A DNA stretch of 64,000 nt, from positions 11,656,001 to 11,720,000 of the forward strand of contig NC_086109.1 of NCBI RefSeq assembly GCF_963921235.1. The letters are read 5' to 3'. Shown here piece after piece: positions 1-11,100 of the stretch. Made by a program: the position numbers and the translations under genes. Positions within the stretch are counted from its first letter, which is position 1, and each line of letters opens with the position of its first letter. Under the pieces are notes generated by a model. It was given only the letters and a program-made list of their open reading frames with translations, did no database searches and was not told the DNA's origin. The DNA comes from Mobula hypostoma. Taxonomy: Eukaryota.

Positions 1-2640
1 TGAATCCCATGCTTTCTAACTTTCTGAATAAGCCTACCGTGTGGAACCTTGTCAAATGCCTTACTAAAATCCATATAGATCACATCCACTGCACTACCCT
101 CATCTATATGCCTGGTCACCTCCTCAAAGAACTCTATCAGGCTTGTTAGACACGATCTGCCCTTCACAAAGCCATGCTGACTGTCCCTGATCAGACCATG
201 ATTCTCTGAATGCCTATAGATCCTATCTCTAAGAATCTTTTCCAACAGCTTTCCCACCACAGACGTAAGGCTCATTGGTCTATAACTACCCGGACTATCC
301 CTACTACCTTTTTTGAACAAGGGAACAACATTCGCCTCCCTCCAATCCTCCGGTACCATTCCCGTGGACAACGAGGACATAAAGATCCTAGCCAGAGGCT
401 CAGCAATCTCTTCTCTCGCCTCGTGGAGCAGCCTGGGGAATATTCCGTCAGACCCCGGGGACTTATCTGTCCTAATGTATTTTAACAACTCCAACACCTC
501 CTCTCCCTTAATATCAGCGTGCTCCAGAACATCAACCTCACTCATATTGTCCTCACCATCATCAAGTTCCCTCTCATTGGTGAATACCGAAGAGAAGTAT
601 TCATTGAGGACCTCGCTCACTTCCACAGCCTCCAGGCACATCTTCCCACCTTTATCTCTAATTGGTCCTACCTTCACACCTGTCATCCTTTTTTTTTCTT
701 CACATAATTGAAGAATGCCTTGGGGTTTTCATTTACCCTACTCGCCAAGGCCTTCTCATGCCCCCTTCTTGCTCTTCTCAGCCCCTTCTGAAGCTCCTTT
801 CTTGCTTTCCTACATTCCTCAATAGACCCAGCTGATCCTTGCTTCCTAAACCTCATGTATGCTGCCTTCTTCCTCCTGACTAGATTTTCCACCTCACTTG
901 TCACCCATGGTTCCTTCACCCTACCATTCTTTATCTTCCTCACCGGGACAAATTTATCCCTTACATCCCGCAAGAGATCTCTAAACATCGACCACATGTC
1001 CATAGTACATTTCCCTGCAAAAACATCATCCCAATTCACACCCGCAAGTTCTAACCTTATAGCCTCATAATTTGCCTTTCCCCAATTAAAAATTTTCCTG
1101 TCCTCTTTGATTCTATCCTTTTCCATGATAATTATAAGGCCAGGGAGCGGTGGTCACTGTCCCCCAGATGCTCACCCACTGAGAGATCTGTGACCTGACC
1201 CGGTTCATTACCTGGTACTAGATCTAGTATGGCATTCCCCCTGGTCGGCCTGTCCACATACTGTGAAAGGAATCCGTCCTGGACACACTTAACAAATTCT
1301 GCCCCATCTAAACCCTTGGAACTAATCAGGTGCCAATCAATATTAGGGAAGTTAAAGTCACCCATGATAACAACCCTGTTATTTTTGTACCTTTCTAAAA
1401 TCTGCCTCCCAATCTGCTCCTCTATCTCTGCTGCTACCAGGGGTTCTATAGAATACCCCCAGTAGAGTAACTGCTCCCTTCCTGTTCCTGACTTCCACCC
1501 ATATTGACTCAAAAGCGGATCCTGCTACATTACCCACCCTTTCTGTAGCTGTAATAGTATCCCTGACCAGTAATGCCACCCCTCGTCCCCTTTTTCCGCC
1601 CTCTCTATCCCTTTTAAAGCACTGAAATACAGGAATATTGAGAATCCATTCCTGCCCTGGTGCCAGCCAAGTCTCTGTAATGGCCACTACATCATAATTC
1701 CCTGTATGTATCCAAGCTCTCAGTTCATCACCTTTGTTCCTGATGCTTCTTGCATTGAGATACACACATTTCAGCCCTTCTACCTTACTGTCTTTACACC
1801 ATTTATTCTGCTTCTCTTTCCTCAAAGCCTCTCTGTATGTTAGATCTGGCTTTACTCCATGCACTTCTTTCACTGCTCTAGCGCTCTGGGTCCCATCCCC
1901 CTCACAAATTAGTTTAAACCCTCCCGAACCATGCTAGCAAACCTACCTGCAAGAATATTGCTCCGCCTCGAGTTCAGGTGCAACCCATCCAATCTGTACA
2001 GGTCCCACCTTCCCCAGAAGAGATCCCAATGATCCAAAAATCTAAAACCCTGCTCCCTGCACCAGCTGCTCAGCCACACATTCAACTGCCATCTCCTCCA
2101 ATTCTTACCATCTCTGTCACGTAGCACTGGCAGCAATCCTGAGAATGTCACACTTGAGGTCCTGTTCTTCAGCCTTCTGCCTAATTCCCGAAACTCACAC
2201 TTCAGGACTTCATCCCTCTTCCTGCCTATGTCGTTGGTCCCAACATGTATCACGACTTCTGATTGCTTTTCCTCTCGTACCAGGATGTCGTGCACCCGGT
2301 CAGAGACATCCTGGACCCTGGCACCCTGGAGGCAACAAACCATGCGGGTGTCCTTCTCACGTCCACAAAATCTCCTGTCTGCTCCCCTGACTATAGAGTC
2401 TCCAATGACGACAGCTCTGCTCTTCTCCGTCCCACCCTTCTGCACCACAGGGTCAGACTCAGTGCCGGAGGCCCTGCCACCGTGGCTCACACCTGGTCGG
2501 TCGTCCCCGCCAACAGTATCCAGGATGGTAAACTTATTATTCAGAGGAATGGCTACAGGGGTGCTCTGCACTACCTGTCTGCTCACCTTCGCTTTCCCCC
2601 CTCTGACTGTCACCCAACGACCTGCTTCCGACTACATATT
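1..2640 (-). mobile_element. CR1-clade LINE, 5' part (SGNH-esterase ORF1 plus frameshifted ORF2); runs off the window start
   Basis: ORF 1909..2613 has GDSIVRG, HVGTND and DGLHLN. ORF 1379..1873 has an APE endonuclease start (YLNARSI, ITETW). ORFs 1132..1512 and 683..1126 continue ORF2 in shifted frames. Confidence 0.93.
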
Positions 2641-4131
2641 CTGCTGAGACCGCAATGGTTCAGTTTTATATCTTTTCACTTGTCTACAATGTCTTCCTCA
2701 TCCTGCATCTTCCTATATGTTAACCTGCTTTCATGAGGTTTGCCAACATTGTGTTCTCTGAATGATGGACAGGAGATGAGAACGGCTTGTTGTGGGTTCA
2801 TCTTGATATTGGCGAGGCTACAACCACCACAGTTCTGAACAGAATCAATGGGTCGAAATATCTCCCGAAGCTGTGGACTTTGTGTGTAATAGGTGAATGA
2901 GGAGTTAGTAAATATTATACAGGATTTGCTGGCTGGTCTCTCCTGAACGCTGGTGAATGTGATATGATATTGGTTAATTGTCACTGAAAAACATTGCGTG
3001 TCTTCCAGGCAGATGTCACCATAGAAGTACATAAATGAAAGCATAATGTGGAAAATAAGATAACCTCATTAAACTAATACTGATCCCCACACCATACAAA
3101 ACCCATGTACACTAATGCAATATATATATTTTTTTATTTTTTGGCTCTGTCTTTCAAAGATTCAAAGTCGATTCATTATCAAAAAATCTCACAGGTAGCC
3201 TCAAAACGAGGAACCCAAAAGACCCAAATTAAAGAAAAAAAAGACCAACGAATGATGTACAAGAGAAAGAAAAAAAAACACAAATCATATAAATGGTTGG
3301 AATGAACAACATTCCAAACCAAACTGGGTCCTCAGATCTGAATCCCGGAACAGCCCAGAGACTGGCTTATCATTTCATTATATTAATAAGCTTGGAGCAC
3401 AAGCAGCCAGGGCACTAAGGAGCGAGGAGCACCCATTGCACTGCTCTTTAAATTTTGCACTAATTATTACATTTCTTATTATAACTTATTGTGCTTTTAT
3501 GTATTGCACTGTGCTACTGCCACAAAACAACATATTTCAGGACATCTGCCAGCGATATTAAAACTGATTCTGAAGTTCATATTTGAACTGCTTTCATGCA
3601 AAGATGTATTGCCCCTTTAATGGCAGAGGAAAATGATTCCCAGTCTCCCAAGATCGGAAAATCAGGCACGTTTCCTTCCTGTCCATCTCAAAACCACAGT
3701 TGTGCAGTTGTGTGTGTTACTGAGAAATTATCAGCTGTTTTCACAGATCTTTGTCAACCCCTTGTACCATCCAGGAAGGAGTACTTAGAATTTCCCAATC
3801 CGAGGGACATCTTTAATTGACTGCATCGGAATGGCAAGTAGCTCCAGCAGTAGACAAGGCCAACCCAGACTGCTTCCTGATGGCCTGATCTGATATCGTT
3901 GGGGCTTTGGGCCAAGCATCCAATGTATCTGTTTCCAGAATTTCAAGAGAGATTGTCCAGTCAATTTTGTGAAGTGGAGCTGACATTGAACATGCTATGG
4001 GCTCTGGAGTGTCGTTGAGGAAATATTGTCCCTATGTTGGTTCTTTAGCTGCAGCCTCCCAAATGATCCTCCTGCTCATCTGGGTTAGCAGGTGTGAAGT
4101 CACTGTTCATTCATTCTGTGGGGCTGTAGCT

Positions 4132-4544
4132 TCTTCGTGGATTGTCACCTCGTCGTGGTGGAGAAGCTTGTGTGGTCCTGTGATCCCGAGAGCAATGCCG
4201 TCTGGAGCTATGCTCCTGGTAGCGTCACTCATGGCGGTAAGGTCAAGGGTGAGGTCCCTGACAAAGAACAATCCACCCAAGACCTCAATGGTGGAACAGG
4301 CAGACGAAGTTACTTCGAACTCAACGGCTGTGAAGACAGATGAAGGCTGCAACAAATCCATCAGCTCCAATCGTCATGGTTTCCATGCCATTGGAATCAG
4401 TTGGTTGATTTGTGAAGTATCGTGTGCTTCTTGGAGTGCAACATCAAGTACACGTTAAAAAAATACACGCACAGGCGTTTTCGTTCTGTGGGCCACTTCT
4501 TCAGAACGAAGACCATCATCCTCGACCTCGAGAGATAGCCACGA
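4132..4544 (+). mobile_element. 413-bp RTE-5'UTR-like short element with 13-bp TSD and an HDV-like ribozyme fold at its 5' end
   Basis: TSD tggggctgtagct at 4119-4131 and 4545-4557. The body (gtcacctcgtcgtggtggagaagcttg...ggtaaggtcaagggtgaggtccctgacaaag) resembles RTE-clade 5' ends as I recall them. Confidence 0.7.
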
Positions 4545-4689
4545 TGGGGCTGTAGCTGTCCTGGGGATACAGAGATCTAACACACTAGTTTCACAGTGGA
4601 ATTGACACTTTGCTCACAAAATCCCTTTCAGCTAGAGATGATCCCTTACTAAATGGGGCACTTAGCATCTCTCAAAGCTCTGAAATACA

Positions 4690-4875
4690 TGGAAACTTCC
4701 AGCTCCGGACTCTGATCATCCCTGAATTTAACTGTTATTCCTCTGGTTGCTGTACCTTCTGTAGCCCAAATCCTGAGCTCTGGACTTCCTTCTCTACTGC
4801 TCTCTAACTTTCCCCTTCATTCCCACTTTAAATGCTCATTTAAGTCCCACCTGATTGGTGAGGCCTTGGTCAATG
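4690..4875 (+). mobile_element. Old L2-type LINE 3' fragment
   Basis: Degenerate match to the L2 3' region (ctctgatcatccctgaatttaactg...tgtaccttctgtagc...ctttaaatgctcatttaagtcccacct). Confidence 0.4.
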
Positions 4876-5078
4876 TGAATCAATGACAAACATTGCCAAA
4901 CAATGATGCTGTTAAGGGCCTTTGGCCTTTACAATCACATTGAAGGTGTTAGGAAAATGCAATAAACTTGAAAAAACATTTTAAACACATCAGTAGCATT
5001 GCTTGTGCTGGGTTTTTCACAAAATTGCATCCAGTAATAAAGGTAAATATTTTAGCATATAGGGATCAGATTGTGAGT

Positions 5079-5190
5079 TCAAATCAAAATGCTGCTGGTA
5101 ATTTTGGATGAATTTCGTGAGCAATCGGTGTTGTTTTTCTGTAGTTCTCTTTTCTTGCTTTGTTGTTCCTTTGCCTTCCCACCAGCCCAT
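5079..5190 (-). CDS. Gene A exon 5, short cytoplasmic tail to stop
   Basis: Strong acceptor ttttctgtttttctag|; phase-2 reading [36 protein letters not shown]; no tyrosine. Confidence 0.65.
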
Positions 5191-8100
5191 CTAGAAAAAC
5201 AGAAAATCAGACTTTAGGGATTGAGAGGTGACGAGAAGCATCGATGTTGATGATATTTCTTTTCAAGATACTCCAGTGATAATTTCTTCATGTAGGCACT
5301 GGCAGGGCCTTGCATGTTTGATGCTGTGAATGTAAGTAGCTATCAAGGTATGCAGTGTAATGGGTCATGGTTGTTGTCTGAGCTGGAGGTTGGATGGAGC
5401 AGTGAAGGACTGTGATTGGTTTGCTGTGGTAATTGTGAGTGACGTCCCATTAGGAGCTTGGGAGGCATGTAGTGAGGTGAGATTATATTGGGTATAAGCT
5501 GTAGTTTGGTTATTATGAGCAGTTTTCGGCCCCTTTTCGAAGGAAGGATGTGCTTGAATCGGAGAGGGTCTGGACGAAGTTCACAAAAATGATCCCAGGA
5601 ATGAAAGGGTCAATGTACGAGGAGCATGTGATGGTTCAGGGCCTTTACTCGCTGGGTTTTAGAAGAATGGGGGCGCAGGGGAATCTCATTGAAAATTATT
5701 GAATATTGAAAGACCTTGATAGAGTGGACGTGGAGACGAAGCTTCCTATAGTGGGGGAGTCCAGGACCAGAAGGATCGGCCTCTGAATAGAAGGAAGTCA
5801 CTCTGGAAAAGAGATGAGGAGAAATTTCTTTAGTCATACGGAGGGTGGTGAATCTGTGTAACTCATTGCCACAGATGGCTGCGGAAGCCAGCTTATTGGG
5901 TATATTTAAAGTGAAGGTTGATAGCTTCCTGGTGAGTATGGGTGTCATATGTTACAGGAAGAAGGTGAGAGAATGGGCTTGAGAGGGATAGTAAATCAGG
6001 CATGATTGAACGATGGAGTAGATGGGCTAAATGCCCTAATTCTTCTCCTATGTTTTGTGGTCTTATGAGTGTACTGCAGACTGGGTAAGGAGACTCTTTG
6101 GTGTATGTGACATGGTTTCTATATTCTTAACTGCTGTGCCTGCTCTGTGACACTGCAAATGTAAACATAAAGTGCAGTGACATTACATCAGAATTAAAAG
6201 CAGTTAACAAACCCTATATTATCCATCAAATACGGTGCCTTTGAACATGAATTTCAACTATTTCAGTATTCAAAATATAGTTATTTTCAAAGTTATGTAT
6301 GCAGGATACAACCCTGAGATTTGTCTTCTCCAGACAGCTGCAAAACGAAGACCATGGATGTAGTTCAAAGAAAAACATCGACACACACAATAAACCCAAA
6401 TTAACTAAACAGCAACAAGAACGTCAAAACCCCTTCAAGATGCCAAAAAAAATCATGCAAAAGGCAACAAAAACTGTAACACGCTGCTCTACGGGCAAAG
6501 AAAGAAAATATTGTGCAAACAGCATCAAGAACATCAACCCCCTGCCCCCCCATGCACAAAAAACCTATCATGCAAATTGGAACAATGACATCAAACCCCA
6601 CACACGCAAAATACAAATCGCGCAACCATTTAACCATTTGTGTTACCACTGCCGTTTCACTCCATGAATAATATTTAATCTGCAGATTATAATCTCTTCT
6701 GTTACATTTTGTTGTAATTTCCCGAGGATATTCACAGAACTCCTGAACTGCTGGACGTGAAGAAATTGGAAACAATATACCTTTGAAAGGCTGTCATGTA
6801 ATGTATCGAAACTGTGCAAAGAATCAAGGCTATGAAGAGTATCCAGCGGGTCACATTCCAAAAATGATGAAATTTTGGCACATCGTTCCTGATGGATGAA
6901 GGAAATATAAGTATTTATACACAGAGACAAATTGCCATTGAGCAATACAACATGGACACAGTCCCATCAGCCCATCTAGTCCATGCTGGCCACTGGGCCC
7001 ATCCAGCTACTCCCTAGTCCTAATTTCCTGTGTTTGGACCATATTCCTCTAAGCCTTCCCCATCCAGTACCTATCCAAGTGCATCCTAAATGATACATGT
7101 ACCTGTCTCAATCATGTCTTGCAGCTCATTCCCTGGATTCACCAACCTCTGTGTGGAAAAAGTTAGCCCATCTTCAAGGTCCCCCAACATTCAGGCCATG
7201 GTCTCAACTTGTTGTTCCCATCAGAAGGTGTTACAGGAACCTCAGGTCCCACACTACCAGGTTCAAGAACAGGTATTACCCCTCAACCATAAGGCTCTTG
7301 TACCAATGGGGATAACTTCACTCACCAACACTGAACTGATCCACAACCTTTGGACTCACTTTTAAGGACCCTACAACTTGTGTTTTTGATATTTATTGTT
7401 ATTATGATTGTAGTTTTAATTTTTCTCACAAGATCACAAGACAAAGGAGCAGAAGTAGGCCATTCGGCCCATCGAGTCTGCTGTGCTACTCTACCATGAG
7501 CTAAACTATTCTCCCATCTAGTTCCAATTTCTGGTTTTTTCCCCATATCCCTTGATACCCTGACTAATTAGATGCCTATCAATCTCCTCCTTAAACACCC
7601 TCAATGATCGGGCCTCCACAGCTGTATGTGGCAACGAATTCCATAAATCCACGACCCTCTGGCTAAAAAAATTTCTCCTCATCTCTGTTTTAAATGGGTA
7701 CCCTCTAATTCTAAGACTGTGGCCTTTTGTCCTGGACTCATGCACTAAGGCAAATGGCCTTTCCACATCTACTCTGTCCAACCCTTTCAACATTCGAAAT
7801 GTTTCTATGAGATCCCCTCTCATTTTTCTATACTCTAATGAATACAGTCCAAGAACCGACAAACGCTCCTCATATGTTAGCCCCTGCATTCCAGGAATCA
7901 TTCTCGTAAATCTTCTCTGAACTCTCTCCAACATCTGTACATCCCTTCCAAGACAGGGGCCCAAAACTGCACACAGTATTCCAAATGAGGTCTCACTGGT
8001 TCCCCATAGAGCCTCATCAACACCTCCTTACACTTATACACTATTCCTCTTGAAATGAATGCCAATATAGCATTTGCTTTCCTTACTGCTGATCCAACCT

Positions 8101-11100
8101 GGTGGTTAACCTTTAGGGTATCCTGCATGAGGACCCCCAGGTCCCTTCGCACTTCCAATTTTTGAATTTTCTCCCCATCTAAATAATCTGCCCAATTATT
8201 TCTTCTTCTAAAATGTACAACTGTACATTTCTCAACATCGTTTCTCATCTGCTATTTCTTTGTCTACTCTCCTAAACTGACCAGGTCTCTCTGCAACCTT
8301 TCCGTTTCTTCAACATTTCCTGCTCCTCCACCTATCTTGGTGTAATCCGGAAATTTAGCCACAAAACCATTTAATCCATAAACTAAACCATCGATATACA
8401 TTGTAAAAGAAGCGGCCCCAACACTGACCCCTGTGGAACACCACTAGTAATCGGCAACCAATCAGAATAGGATCCCTTTATTCCCACCCTTTGCTTTCTG
8501 CCTATCAGCCAATTCTCCACCCATTCCAATATCTTTCCTGTAATTCCATGGGCTCTCACCTTATTAAACAGCCTCTTATGCGGCACCTTATCGAAGGCCT
8601 TTTGAAAATCTAAATACACAACATCCACAGCCTCTCCCTTGTATATCTTATTTGAGATTACCTCAAAAAATTCCAATAGGTTGGTGAGGCAGGATCTTCC
8701 CTTCATGAAACCATTCTGGCTTGGGCCTATCTTGTCATACACCTCGAGGTATTTTATAACCTCGTCCCTGAGGATCGACTCCAATAACTTTCCAACTACT
8801 AATGTCAGACTAATAAGTCTATAATTTTCTTTTTGCTGCCTCCCTCCTTTCTTAAACAGCGGAACTACATTTGCGACCTTCCAGTCCTCCGGAACCATGC
8901 CAGTGTCTATTGATTCCTAGAAGATCATTTCTAATGCCTCCACAATCTCCAAAGCCACCTCCTTCAGAACCTGTGAGTGCACCTCATCCGGTCCGGGAGA
9001 CTTATCTATTCTTAGTTCATTTAGCTTCTCAAGCACTTTCTCTCGAGTAAACTTGACTGTGCCTAATTCTATTCCCTGAGACCTCTGGCTATCAGGTATG
9101 TTGCTAATGTCTTTCACTGTGAATACTGATGCAAAATACTCATTTAGTTCCTCTGCCATCTCTTTGTTTCCCATTATAATATCTCCAGCATCATTTTCAA
9201 TCGGTCCCATATCTACTCGTGTCACTCTTTTACTCTTCATATATTTAAAAAAACTCTTAGTATCCTTTTTTATGTTAATTGCCAACTTCCTTTCATAATT
9301 CATCTTTTCTTTCCTAATGACTTTCTTAGTTTCCTTCTGTAAGTTTTTAAAAGTCATCCAGTCCTCAGTTTTCCGACTAATTTTTGTTTCCTTGTACGCC
9401 GTCTCTTTTGCTTTTATTTTAGCCATAACCTCTCTTGTTAGCCACATTTGTGCCAGTTTTCCATTCATGATTTTCTTTTTTCTTGGAATATATTTTTCCT
9501 GCACTTTCCTTATTTTTTGTAGGAACTTCATCCAATTCTGCTCTACCATCCCTCCATCTAACTTACTTTTCCAATTGACTTTGGCCAGTTCCTCTCTCGT
9601 ACCACTGTAATTTGCTTTGTTCCACTGAAATATCGATACACCTGATACCAGCTTCTCCTTTTCAAATTTGAAACTGAACTCAATCATATTATGATCACTA
9701 CTCCCAAGGGGTTCTATTACCTCCAGCTCCCTAATCACCTCAGGTTCATTACACAGCACCCAATCCCAAACAGTCGGTCCCCTGGTGGGCTTCTGGACAA
9801 GCTGCTCCAAAAAGCCATCCCATAGGCATTCTACAAACTCCCTCTCCTGAGATCCAGTACCTTCCTGACTTTCCCAATCCACTTTCATATTAAAATCCCC
9901 CATAATTATCTTGACATTTTCCTTCTGACACGCTTTTTCTATTTCCAGCTGTAACTTGTCGTCCACATCCCGGCTGCTGTTTGGACGTCTGTATATAACT
10001 GCTATTAGTGTCTTTTTACCCTTGCCATTTCTTAACACGCCCATAAGGATTCTACCTCTTCTGATCCTATGTCCCTTCTTTCTCGTGTTTTGATATCGTT
10101 GCTTACCATCAGGGCCACTCCACCCCCTTTGCCTACCTTCCTATCTTTCCTATACACTGTGCATCCTTGGGCATTCAGCTCCCAATCATATCCATCATTC
10201 AGCCATGACTCGGTGATGGCCTCAGTGCCATATCTTTTAACCTGTAGCTGTACAACAAGGTCATCCACTTTATTTCTAATGCTGCGTGCATTCAAGTACA
10301 GTACATTTAGATCACTATCTATTACCAATTTTGCTATATTTCTATCACACAGCAAATTATCCTGTCTAATCACCTGCCTTTCCTTCTTGCCATCTTTGCT
10401 GCATAGTATTTTTGACTTCTTTCTATTTTCCTCTTCCTCGACCCTAACACCCTGGTTTCCTTCCCCCAGCCAACTTAATTTAAACCCTCCCTAGCAGCTA
10501 TATTAAACAATCCCGCCAGGATATTAGTACCCTTCGAGTTCAGGTGTAACCCATCGTTTTTGTATAAGTCATACCTCCCCCAAAATAGATCCCAATGATC
10601 CAAGAATTTGAAGCCCTGCCCCCTGCACCAGTTACTTAGCCACACATTCATCTGCTTAATTCTGCTATTCTTACCTTCATTAGCACGTGGCTCAGGCAGT
10701 AATCCTGAGAATATTACCCTGGAGGTCCGGCTTTTCAATTTTCTTCCTAGCTCCCAGTAATCTTCCTTCCGGACCACCTCTCTTTTTCTGCCTATGTCAT
10801 TGATACCAACATGTATCAAGACCTCTGGCTGCTCGCCCTCTATCCTCTGAATACTCTGGGCCCGATCTGAGACATCCTGTACCCTGGCACTAGGGAGACA
10901 ACATATCATCTGGGTATCCTTGTCCAGCTCGCAGAATTTCTTGTCTGTTCCCCTCACTATGGAATCCCCTATACATACTGCATTTCTCCTTGCTCTCTTG
11001 ATCACGGCACTGGGCAGAGTGCCAGAGTTCTGTTCGCTGTGGTTTTCCTCTGTCAAGTCAATCTCTCCAACAGTATCTAAAACGATATATCGATTTCTGA

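Noticed and set aside
210-2736. Many plus-strand ORFs over CR1 copies (e.g. 210..485, 313..711, 2228..2647; also 53316..53939)
   Set aside because: They are antisense shadows of the LINE ORFs, recur identically in both copies and have no independent protein features.
6299-6945. ORFs 6299..6667, 6401..6775 and 6643..6945
   Set aside because: The first two overlie a LINE tail. The third is the wrong frame over the real TM exon, which reads in another frame.
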